Assembly: GCA_013239625.1 (NCBI GenBank)
Contig: MU053376.1
Span: forward strand, 1,078,833-1,142,832
Reading direction: 5' to 3'
DNA length: 64,000 nt
Source of the DNA: Lama guanicoe
Lineage: Eukaryota
In this document: one piece after another, positions 12,810 to 24,010 of the stretch
Numbering within the stretch: position 1 is the first letter of the stretch
Layout of the letters: each line of letters opens with the position of its first letter
The notes under the pieces: model-generated
Seen by the model: only the letters and a program-made list of their open reading frames with translations
Database searches by the model: none
What the model was told of the DNA's origin: nothing
Made by a program: the position numbers and the translations under genes

Positions 12810-14720
12810 TATTCATTCTTGCATTCGTATAAGAAGTATTTCTTGCATACTTGTTACATGCTACAAGAATGAGCAAGTGGAGGTGCCATCCTCACGGAGC
12901 TTACCGAATAGAGAGCAGACAGGTGGGTGAGTGGACAGAATAGGGTGATGAGGCTGTGACAGAGGCTGTGGGAGCTTGTTGGCAAAGCCCTTGTTGGAGG
13001 AAGCCACTGAGCTGAATCTTAAAGAAGAAGTATTTAGCCAGGGAAAAACTGGGGGAGGAGTTAGGGGAGGAAGTGTGTAATGTGAGCTGACGCTGGGGAC
13101 TAGCAGGGCTTCACTGTGGTTGGAGCGTCCAGCGGTTTTGGGCACTGATGGGCAGTCAAAGGTTAGATCACAGAAGTCCTTGCCACATTGAGTCTGGGGT
13201 AGTGTGAAGTTATCCAAGGGTGTTAGGCAGGAAAATGGCAGGAGCAGGTCCCTTTGGGTCTCAATATAGACAGCAAATTAGAAACAGGGACAGGAGCAGA
13301 GTCAAAGAAACCATTGTTGGAGCTGTTGCTGGAGTCTAGGCTGCAGCAGTGAGGGTGGAAAGGCAGAGACAAATTCAGAAGACATTTGGCAGTTAGCATC
13401 AATAGTAGTAAGTGAGGAAGTGGACATGGAAGAGGAATGGAGGAGGATTCTCGGGTTTCTGGCTGAGCAACTTCAGCAGTGGGGCATTCTCTAGCTGAAG
13501 AAACACAGGGGAAGGAGAAGGTTTGGGAAGGAAAGTGGTGAGTTCGGTTTTGGACATGTTGGGTTGCAGGTGCCTCTGGGAGCTGTCCATCTAAAGAGCA
13601 CCAACTTACAGTCTGGTTCACGTGGGAGAGGTGGCACTGGGGCTGGCACTCGGGGAGCCAGCACTGAGCTTGGAATCCTGGGTGTGGATGAGACCTCGAA
13701 GGGCATGTGTCAGGTGAGAAGGAGGCCAAGGATGGAGCTGACAGCAGGAGAAAGCAGGCAGATCTGTAGGGTTGGACCTGGAGAGAGATGACGGCAAAGC
13801 ACAAGGAGAAGGGAGTTTGAGGAAGGCGGAAGTACGCAACCGTGTGAAATGTGGCAGGAATGATGGGTCACGTCTGGATTTGGAAACATATGCAGACAGT
13901 GTCAGGCAGTGGGGGCCACTGGTAACCGTGGCAAGAAACCAGTTTCAGTAGATTGAGGAGATGGTGGACGTGGAGGGGCAGCTCTCCTGGGGAGGAGAAA
14001 GGAGGCCAACATTGACTGAGGCAGTCTGGTTTATGTTGGTTTTTGAAAGATGGGCAGGGAGGGCTGCCCATCACTAGCAGGCCAGGAAAGGGGCTTTTGA
14101 CTTTTTTCTCCAGTGAGATGAGAATTCATTAGATTTCGTACAGATGGGTGGCACCTTTTAAGAAGACCACTCTGGCCGCTGTGTGGTGACTGGGCTGCGA
14201 GCCAGGTGTGAGCACGATGTCCAGCTGGGAAGCTGTTGGAAGCCTCCAGTGGGGAGATGACAGTGGCTTGCTGCAGGGCGGGAGCCGGAGAAGTGGCTGG
14301 ATTTGGAATTGCTTCAGAGATCAAGCTCTGAAGATTCCTGATGGATGTGGGGCATGACAGAAAGGGAGCAGGCAGAGATGGCTCACAGATTTTTGGCCCG
14401 GCAGCTGGAGAGAAGAAATTGCCTTAAAACTAAGTTGAGAAAGAAAGCAAATGGACCATACATCTGCAGGGGCTGTGGTGGCAGAAATCAGTGCTGGTCT
14501 TTGGACATGTTATGTTTGAGATGGCTATTAAACATCCACGTGGAAATGCCAGATAAGCAGTCAGATGTCTGAGTCTGGAGTCTTGGGGAGAGACCTAGAC
14601 TGGAGGCAGACATTTGGGTGTTGTTAGCATACAGAGAGCATTTAAAATGATGGCACTGGACCATCTGTAAGCATAGTTTCAACTGCAGAGAAGTCTGTGC
14701 CAAGAGTGAGGTCTGGATGT
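12810..14720 (-). mobile_element. L2 LINE fragments (at least two overlapping-position segments)
   Basis: Begins attcattc..., purine-rich, with the diagnostic ttggacatgtt(g/a)...tttgag motif twice (~13550 and ~14500). Confidence 0.7.
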
Positions 14721-17700
14721 GTCGGCTAAAAGGGAGGCGTGGCCTTGTGGATGGAAGGGAGACCCAGAGGGGCCCAGCAGGATGAATCGGTTATTCAGCC
14801 CTAATGAGCCAGTGGTTTGGCTGTGGCAGCCGCCAGGCCCATCTCTTGCTGCTGAGTGAATGAATACATTTAAAAAATCAAATTAGAACGATCCTGCGAA
14901 GCCAGGGTCTCTGGTCCTAGAGCCGTTTTACAAGGAGGGAGAACGTGAACTTTGTGGTCCCTGGCTCTCTGAGCAGATGGAGCGGGCGTGCGGTGAGCGC
15001 TGGTGGAGACTGTTGAGGAGTGGTTGGTGTTTGCTGACTGGGAATGCAGGGGGCTGGGGGGGCCGGGATGGGCTCATTGTCTAGGGAGCTTCTCCACGAG
15101 GCTCTTGTTTGGTCTTCACACTCCCTCCGAGATGTCCGGAAGGCAGGCAGGGTTCTGTTCTTGCTGCTGGTGGGAGAGCAGCCCTAGAAACTCCCGGGTA
15201 AGCTGACTCTGGGGGAGGTTCCCTGGATTCAGGTGGGAATGGGGGACTATTTCATATCCATACTTAGAAATTTTATCTTTCCAAAGCTTTGTCCTGTCCA
15301 TTACCTGCTTCATCCTAAAAAACGTCCTTGTGAAGTTGCCGGAGCAGACATTATTCTCACCATTTTACAGATGAGCAGCCTGAGGCCTCGAGGAATCAGG
15401 ATGCTGCTTTCCTGGGGGCACCCGGCTAGTTCTTGGCGGGGAGGAGCCTAGACCCCATGTTTCTAGCATGCCCACAGGACCAAACTGAGATCTGAGGTCA
15501 CGAAAACCTCCAAGGACCATTTTGTGCCACATCCATCGTGAGATGGTGGCCTCAGCCCAGGGACGGTGACTTTATCTCTTGGTTGCCGTTTCCCCTTCCG
15601 TTGTATATCCTTTCTGACCTGGAGCTGCTCCTCCAGGGATGGGCGTGGCCCCAGGGGATCCTGAGAAGAGGGAGTACTTCCATGTCCTGAGGACAGGGGT
15701 CTTCCAGCCATTGGTAAACCCTGCTCAGTCAGCTGACTCCCCCAAACCCAGAGGCCACGAGCTGGTGTGCGAAGCTGTGCTGGTCCCACCCTGGTCCCTG
15801 GGCATGAATAGAAGGGATTCTTCTCTCTCTAGTAAACACAGCCCCACATGCTCGCTGCGAGCTCCCTGGTGATTACTAGCATCTATTTTTAATTCATAAG
15901 CCTCCCCTACTACCCACACCCCTTGCCATTGTTTAGAACTCGGCAGCTGGCTGTTGGACCAGAGCGGGCCCTGTCGGGTTGAGTTACCAAAACACCCTGG
16001 GGGCAGCTACAGTTCCTGGGCTGTCCTGAGAGGCTCACCCCAGCCCCTCCCTAAGAGAGTAGGAGACTGGAGCCCCATAGAGAGCAGGGGTGCAACGGAG
16101 GGACAGAGAGGGGCTCACGGGCCCAGGAAGCAGCTCAGCCTTGGTGATGTCATTTGCCTGTCATTTGTCCTCTCCAGATCCACTTAGCTGTCTTCGAGGT
16201 TGTGCCTTAAGTGATTGCCCTTTTAAAAACAAAAACAGAGTTTCATCTCAGCCTCGCCATTCCACTTTCTACTATGTGTGTGACACTGAGCAAGGTAACC
16301 TCGTTCTCTGTCTTACATCTATAAACTGGGGGAAAGGTCATCATTGTTGGTGCACTGGGCCATTGGCAGGTGATGTCTGGGTTCCCCATCTGTGTGTGGC
16401 CTTAATCTCTGGAAACCTGAGTCCTGGAGGCTGCAGCAGGAACCACTGGTTATATGTGCAGTGGGGCTGGGCTCCCTGGTTCCTCAGCAGACAAGCCCAC
16501 TCGCCACCCCTGCAGCTCACCCCACCTGCCCCCACACTGACCAGACTCTCTTTTGCTGAGCAGCAGTTCCTACAAAATGCGGTGTACCCTCAAGAAATCT
16601 AGCAACTCTTCCATCCTGCTCTGATAACCTGCTCCCAGGCTTACAGGGAGGGGGTGGACCCCTGCAGGAGTTAGAACTTTGTATTCCCTTTCTCCTGCTT
16701 CTCCCGTGTTTGGCTTGGTCATTGCTTCTCTCTTGGCCTTGTTCAAAACACCCCCAGCTGTTGCCACATTCATCTTGCCCCTCAGAAGGCTTGTGCAGTG
16801 TGCTCCAGCTGGAGGGTCTCTGGAGAGGGGAGAGTGCAGCCAGCTATGCCATGCTGGGCCCCCCACCCCAGCCCTTGCCCCAGTCGCCCTTCCTGTCTGC
16901 ACATTGTGGCTGGTCCCCCTGAGGAAGAGGGGGAGGGGGCAGGAGCCAGAGGCTCACCGAGGGTGTCTGGAGCCTTAGGAGACCAGCCAGGAGTGCTCAG
17001 TGGCAGGAGGACTTAACCGACAGGCCAGCCTGCTGCCCCCTGGCCCTGAGGGCAGGCAGGGCGGAAGCGAGGACCAGTGCTGCTGGGCGAGGGGGAGAGG
17101 GTGGAGATGACGTCATGATGGACGCTTCCCCGTGGCGTCACGGAGGTGTTATCTCCAGGCCCCAGATGGGGAGACCAGGGGCGTTTCCACGCATGACCTA
17201 AACCAGGGCAAATTCCGGACAGCCAGTCCATCTGTACGCTCCTCCACCAGATTTATCCAACAACAAGATTTCTTCTCTGTCCTGGCATAAATAAGCACCC
17301 CTGTTTACTCCGAGGGATGGCAAGTGAGGGGCTGCCCTTAGCCCTAGGCTCTTGGCAAGAAGACAGATCTTGGCAGGCGTCAAGGGGCCTGGTTTATTTA
17401 TGGCTGGGAGCCTGCCGGCTTGGTGGTGGGTGGGGCCAGCTCTGCTGAGAGAGGTTTTCAAACACGTCCCCTGGGCGGCTGGGGGAGGCCGGGCCGTTCA
17501 TCTGTGAGGCTCCTGAGTGCTTCAGCTTGCAGGCCAAATTCCAAGGGAGGCGGAGGGGCCCTGTCCCACTGGGCCGGTTGGCCTGTCCTCACAAACGTGG
17601 CCACCTCCAGAGCTGCCTTTCACTCTGCCCGTCCAGTCATTATTTACGCGCTCAAGTCTGTGCCAGCCTGAGCTCATACCCAGTTGCTGGGGAGGACGGC

Positions 17701-20700
17701 TGCCTTCTCTGCGCCCCTCCCCCACCCATCTCATCCCCTCTTCCCTCTCTTTTCCTCTCTGCATGGAAAGGCTCCCAGAGGGGCCGTCAGAGTCAACCAG
17801 CCCAGTGGCCTCCCGAGGCAGTGCCCACACTGCCAGCCACTTGCCAGGGCAGGGTGGCCCTGTGCTCCCCTGGGAGCCGCTGCTTCCCTGTCTCAGGGAT
17901 TAAAAGCCCCTATTTCCAGGGGGCCTGAAGGCCCCACCACAGCAGTGTACCTGGTACCTGGTGAGTTAAGTTCTTCCTTTAGTCTGATTTGAGTTCCTCA
18001 TGCTCAGTGGAGCCCCCTTGCCTTTTAGGGGTCCTGCCCAATCAGGAGAGGGGCTGCAAAATGAGGACTCTGCCTCTTACGTAAGCTCTGACACTGGAGA
18101 TCATAAGCAGCAGCTTCCTCTTGACTTTAGAACAGGATTTTGGACTCGGTCACCCCAGCAGGCAGCTGGCCTCCGGAATTAGCCTTTATTCATCTTTTCT
18201 CCACTGACATCCATGGCTTGCTTTCTAGACAGAAAGTGCCCAGTGCTCTCCAGATGAGCTCTGGCTCCCAGGAGCACAAAACTCCCCCGGAGACGGAGCA
18301 AAGTTAGAGGAATCCCAGGTACCTGGCAAGACCTGATGTCATTTCTTCTCAGCTCACCTGTCTCTAAGCTCAGGCCAGAACCTGGCAGGAGACCCTGTGG
18401 CTCTCTGCAGCCCCGGGGTGGGGGTGGGGTGTGAGATGCTGCCCACCCAGACCCGGCTGGGAGATGTCATTCAGGCCCCCTCCTTTCTCCCTCGGGATCA
18501 TCAGCCTCGGACAGGTCCCAGTGGAAGGTGTGTTCGAGGCTCGGAAATCAGCCCCCCAATGCCAGAGCTGATCATAGTCAACAGCCAGAGGAGCTCTCTG
18601 CCCTCTGGTTCCAGACGACGGCAAGCCAGCGCTGGTGATGTGGGCACGGGCCATGGGCGCTCCCCAGCCACTGGCCACATTCCTCTCTGGATCTGCCACA
18701 TCCCTGAGATGCGAAACATGACCCTGGTCCCCTCTGCTGCCAGATGAGGCAATGGAAATACAGTATCATTTACCTGATCCCCGCTCTGCCTCTTCTTTCT
18801 TTTCACAGGCACAGTTTGGGCTTTCTCTGTTTATGCGCCGCAGGGCAGAGGGCTCTGAAATAGGAGCAGTGATGAGTGCACACAGCCTGCTGCATTCCTT
18901 CCAGGATCCTAGGGGAACCGAGGGTTCTCCTGAGCTGCTGTGGGGACTGGAGGCAGTGAGCGAAGTTCCTGGGAACCGTAGCCCTCCCCGGCCTCCCTTT
19001 TCTTTCCAGTGACAGGCACTGGCCTGTTGCAAGCAGCCTGTCTGATTGTTCTTTGCCTCCCCACCCCTCCAGCAGCGCTGGCCCCTGTGCCCACATCCTG
19101 ACTCCGATGCCCCTGCTTCTTTTGTCTCTTTGCTCTTCCTCCAGGTCTAGATTTGGGGAGTGTGCAGTTCACTGCACACTTTTCCACCTCTTCAGACACC
19201 CCACCACTGGGACCCCAGAGCTGGGTCGGTATCCAGAGCTACTGAATAATTCAGCATGCTCAGCAGAGGCTAAGTCAGATCCTAAGTGATACTGTGACCA
19301 GGAGGCCTCCTTCGGGTAGCTGGAAAGGCGAACCCTACCCTGGAAAGAAAAGTGCTCTGTAATATTAACTTCATTATATAAGGTTTCTTCACTGCCTGAG
19401 AAGGCGACTTCAGACCCAAATATTATCTGGTCCCCATGCCGTCTACTGACTCCTCCAGGGTTCAGGGCATTGTGGGCACCCCCCAGGCCATTGAACAGCG
19501 TGCTGCAGTTTGCAGACTGTTTTCACGTACATTTCTCGTTAAATCATATCAGCTCCTGGTAAGCTCTGAGCCTTTGAGTCAGCAGGACGCCCCAAGAGTT
19601 CTGTGTTTCAGTCCTCTGCTTTTAGAAAGGAATTGTTCTAAGTTATTCTTGGCAAATAGGGTGGGGTGGAGGGTGCTCTGCTTCCTAAAAAGAGCCCCAA
19701 AAGGAGACACTGCCTCCTCTCTGGAGGAGGGGCTGTCCCCAGTGTCCTGGGGCTGTCCGCAGTATCCCTCCCACAGGGGAACAGAGTGGCTATAGAAGGC
19801 ATGGGATTGTCCCTCTCTTTCACCCACCTGGCACCAATTTTGATTTTCTTAAAAGTGACCCAGGTGCGAGGTCCTCTCCGCTGCCCAGCATCTGGCTCTT
19901 GACTGTGGCTGAGAAGGACCCCGTGATCAGGAGTCTCTGTGGCATTAGACGGGCAAAGGACCAGTGGGCAGAAGAGATGGCCTCCTCCCTCCCTGGAAGC
20001 AGCTGAAAGGTGGCATGCTGTGTGCACGCCCCACACCTCTCTCCACTCTGGCCTTTCCTGGCTGCTTTTCCAGCTCACATGGCCGAGCCTCTCCACATGC
20101 TCCTAGGAAACGCGCCCACCTTGGTTGCTCTAGTTCACCCCGTGGAAGATGAACTTGCCTCCCGCATGTCCCCAGAGGGAAGCAGGGCTCTTTGGTAACG
20201 TGAGTTTCTAAGAAGACGCACCTACTGGCTGGCTCGAAAAGTGAGTGTTAGGGGAGGGACCTCCTAATACTGACCACTTCTCAGACTCCTGTTTCCAAGA
20301 GGTGAGCGTTTGAGTGACTGCCAGCTGTTCGTGGAGGAATCCTAACTGGGAGGTTTTCACAGCACATTTGGAGCCTGAGATTTTTTTGAGGCCTCACCTT
20401 GTATTTGAAGCTACTAAATTTAGCTGCTTTTCAGCGTTCATCTTTGCTCCTAAAGCCTGTGACTTCTCAGATTTTCCCCCCTCCAGAATGTGTGTGTGGT
20501 TTGTGCTTTTTTTTTTCCCAAAAGAAAGAAAAATAAGTAGGAAGATTTTTTAAGGGGGAGGGTGAGCTGAAAAATAATAACAAAGGCAAAGGAAGAGACA
20601 AGAAAAATGTCATGTTTAAGAGCATTAAATAAAGAAGGGGGCACTGCCTGGAAATGAGGAGAAACTAAACCTAGGGGAACCCGGGGAAAGGGAGGGCTGA

Positions 20701-22643
20701 GACCTGCTGGGCATGCAGAGAGCCTCGTGGACAGGACCTGGGTTTCTTTCCGGTGTCCCCTTCCAGGACACGGAGCCTCCAGACTCAGGCCAACTTGGGA
20801 GAGTGGAAGGAGTGAGGCCAGTGACTGCCCTGCTCCAGCTCAGAGGGGGCCTGTCCCTGCCAGGCTAGGCCAGCCCGGAGGTGGCTGCATGGCCAGGGTT
20901 ACTAAGGTGTACACTTGGTGGTGGTAACCCAGCAGCACCTTCTCTCTGCAGGACAATCGCTTGGTGGCCAGTGTCTTTCCAGGCCCTGTTGCTTCAGTGC
21001 AGCTCTTCCCATGTCTGCCTGCCACCCTCTCAACTTGGCTCCATATGTATCTACTTTTTGGCTCTTTCTATCCCAGACAAAGTCTTCCTGGCGCCTCCCA
21101 GAATGACAGTGGGGTGTGTGCGTGCATCCACATGTGAAGGAACCTCAGGACTAGTCATCTATCTCAATAAAACCTGCGATGTGTCAGCCGCTTTCACTCA
21201 CGTTCCCATCTGAGCCTCACTACAGCCCTGGAGATAACGTATGATTTTGCAACTAAGAAAACCGAGACTCAGCTGCAGAATTTCCAGGGCTTAGCTCATC
21301 TGCCCTCTCCTCTGTCTCCTGATGCACCAGTCTCACCCCTCAGACCTCTTCCTCCCGGCTGCAGCTTTGTGGGTGCTGCCGCCTCCCCTTGCAGTTGTGA
21401 AGGGGCACCTGCAGGACCTGTGGAGGCCGCATCCCTAGCGAGCGGCGGGGTGATGGTTTACAGCGGGCCTTCTGACCCAGACCCTCTAGCCCTGCCGCTG
21501 AAAGGCAGAGCCGGCGCCCAGGAGTGAGCGGTCTTCCTGCGACCTGTTCCCTCCCCCCCCCCGCCGGGGCTCTCCCGGCCCCACCTTAACGCACTCCTCC
21601 CAGCGCGGTTGTGGATGCTGAGTCTCCCAGCCTGCGCTGACTTGACCAAGTGTGGAGCCGAGACCCAAACCCAGGGCATCATGACGCCTCGGGCTGCTGC
21701 TCCCCACACCGGAGCAGGAAGCTCTGCGTCCTTGGCAGATTGGAGAACATTTCAGACATGTAAAGACAAGGGCAGACTCCAGAGGAGAAGGGACCCCTCT
21801 CCTGCCGACTTACCTGGCGGACACCCCCTGTTCCTGTCTGTCCCCTTTCTCTTAGCAGACTACTTGTCCACCTTGAGCCCTGCTTGCCTTCTTCCTGCTC
21901 TTTAGCGATTGTGGGTGAGTTGTTCCTGGAGGAGAGCTGACCCTCCCATTGGAGAGATGTCATAGGCCGTGTTGGGGGTGACTCTCCCCAGAGTCATCTT
22001 GGTGGTGCAATGAGGCCTTGAAGGAACCTCTTTCTGGGGCTTCTGAGCCTTCATGAGCCCGGGTAGGTGGGAGTGAGACTCCGTGAGGGGCCATGAGGGT
22101 CCCAGGGCTCAGCCCTCTCAGCCCCCTCCTCGCCCCAGGCTCCTCCCGCCCCTGCCTAATGCTTTTTCCCCTCCCTCTGTTTTGCTTGTTAGGAAAGGTT
22201 ACAAATCTTCGCTTGGTGGAGCCTAGAAAGGAGAGGGGCATTGCAGGGGTGTCTTGCGTGTGAGGCCAGGCTGCCTCTGTGGCTCCCTAGGGCAGGACTG
22301 TAGGAGATGGACTGCTTTCTGTCACAGCTCAGTGAGACGGATCAGGCAGTCACTGTACAGACCTAAATACGAAGTGGGGTCAGTCTTAACATTCGGCACA
22401 GTGAAGGGCCCAGATACAGTTAAGATCTGATCCCTGCCTTCTAGGGGCAGTGAGACCTGACTTGTTTATACCACATGAACAGTGCACAGTGTCAAAGCGC
22501 AAAGTAAAAATCAAGTACCGTTGGAGGGAGGTCATTTACAGACACGGGTTTCTGCCGGAAGTGTCCCTGACCCCACGTGTTCCTATCCTCACAAACCCTA
22601 AGTCATTGGCCACCGCAAATGTTTGTAAGGTTTCCCGGTGCCT

Positions 22644-22790
22644 AGGGTGGGGGGAACTCCTCCTCTTGGAGTTTTGGCAGAGGGCCCTGGCACTGGGCCC
22701 TAGAGATAGCCCTGGGCCCTTATCTCCCTGCACCTTCTTGAACTTGGGACCGCCCCGTCAGCGTGATCCACGCCGACCCTTAGTATTTAA
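22644..22790 (+). promoter_or_regulatory. TMCC2: Candidate internal (erythroid-type) TMCC2 promoter
   Basis: KLF/CACCC box AGGGTGGGG 22644-52, CTG-N8-AGATAG 22693-22709, inverted GATA TTATCT 22720-25, GC box CCGCCCC 22750-56, TATA-like TATTTAA 22784-90, all upstream of ATG 23007. Confidence 0.6.
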
Positions 22791-23006
22791 GCCCTGAGTC
22801 CCTTGCCAGGCTCAAGTCAGTGGAAGATCGGCATCGTCTTGACCGGTGATTCTGCTGTGGGAAGCTGCCTTTAGAGACGCCCAGCAGACAGCCCCCTGCA
22901 CTCTGCTGGCCGCCCCGGTGCCATCCTCACAGCTTGTGCTTCCCAACTGCGGACCTCTCGCCCCCTCTGCTGGCCACTCACAGGATTTCCCACAAGGACT
23001 GTCAAG

Positions 23007-23033
23007 ATGAAGTCCAAGGAGGAAGAGACGGCT
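23007..23033 (+). CDS. TMCC2: Candidate alternative first coding exon of TMCC2 (MKSKEEETA)
   Basis: aagATG (A at -3), 9 codons, donor GCT|GTGAGT, phase 0 matching the exon 3 acceptor; would give a 471-aa short isoform. Confidence 0.7.
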
Positions 23034-23827
23034 GTGAGTTTGCCATGCATATTTTATCTTGGGTGTTTTTGCCCAGGCAGTGCTGAGGGGAGGAGGGTGG
23101 GGAACAGGAAGCAGGGGCTGGAGGGGAAGTGGCTGCAGTGGTGTCCAAAGCAGAGAGGATTTCCAGGATCTCAGAGGAGAGGAAATCTCCTGGCGAGGCT
23201 GGCTGCTTTCTGGTCCCTCCGGGCGGTTTTGGAATAGGGAGGAAGTCTTGGGAGTGATGGTGCCTTAGCCACTGGGCAGGGAAGCAGGGAAAGAGGCAGA
23301 GGACTCCAGGCTGAGCTGGCTGTGTGAGAATCTGCCAAGGAGCCTCCTCCAGGCTCCAGCCTTTTTGGCTTTGAAGAGCTTTTCTCCATCCTGGAAGCCT
23401 GGCTGGGAGGCCCACTTCCATTCTGAGGCTGAAGAAGGGAGTGGATGGGACTGTTTGTGAGAGAGGCTTCTGATGCTGAGAGGCATTTGTGGGCATGCAG
23501 GAGGGGAGTGGAGGGGCGGGGCGTCCTTCTGGGTGGATGAAAGATGCAGGTGCATGTGTTGCCCTGGGCCCCCTCTGCCCCACCTCCCAGGCAGAAGTTG
23601 TGGCCTGTCACACCTGGGTGTCCTTGTGCACATGGGACTCACTAGTGGCAGCTGCTGGACTTGAGGATGGGCAGAGTTGTGGGGGGCATCTCATGAAGGC
23701 TTGGTCCACCCGCTGGGTGACCCTCCCTTCCCCTCCCAGACGGGAAGGAGCAGCCGTGAGCCCCGGGGAGGGGGAAATCTCCCAGAGCAATCCGCCCCTA
23801 ATCCCCAGGCTGGGCCTCAGACTGGCG

Positions 23828-24010
23828 ATGGCGGCCGCAGAGCCTGGGAGCTCGGGCACACCTGCTCGCCGACCCCGGCTTCCCTTGGCAAGTCCAGTGC
23901 TGCCCAAGGACTGTGACCCTGGGGGCCTGGCACAGCCGGCAGAAAGCTGGGGCCTCAGAGCCCCGGGCACCCTGTCACAGGCGCGGCTTCGGGACACGGT
24001 ACCCGCACAG
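23828..24010 (+). CDS. TMCC2: Candidate alternative first coding exon of TMCC2 (MAAAEPGSSG...TVPAQ, 61 aa)
   Basis: Strong Kozak gcgATGg, CpG-rich, donor CAG|GTGAGG in phase 0, downstream G-runs. Confidence 0.45.

Noticed and set aside
13223..13804. 193-aa minus-strand ORF
   Set aside because: Falls within a degraded L2 element; not a host gene.
14782..14998. Small ORF at ATG14782 and a GTGAGC donor at 14993 as another TMCC2 first exon
   Set aside because: The 14782 ORF stops with no GT donor, and ATG14977 reaches the donor in phase 1, out of frame with exon 3. A non-coding exon cannot be excluded, but support is weak.
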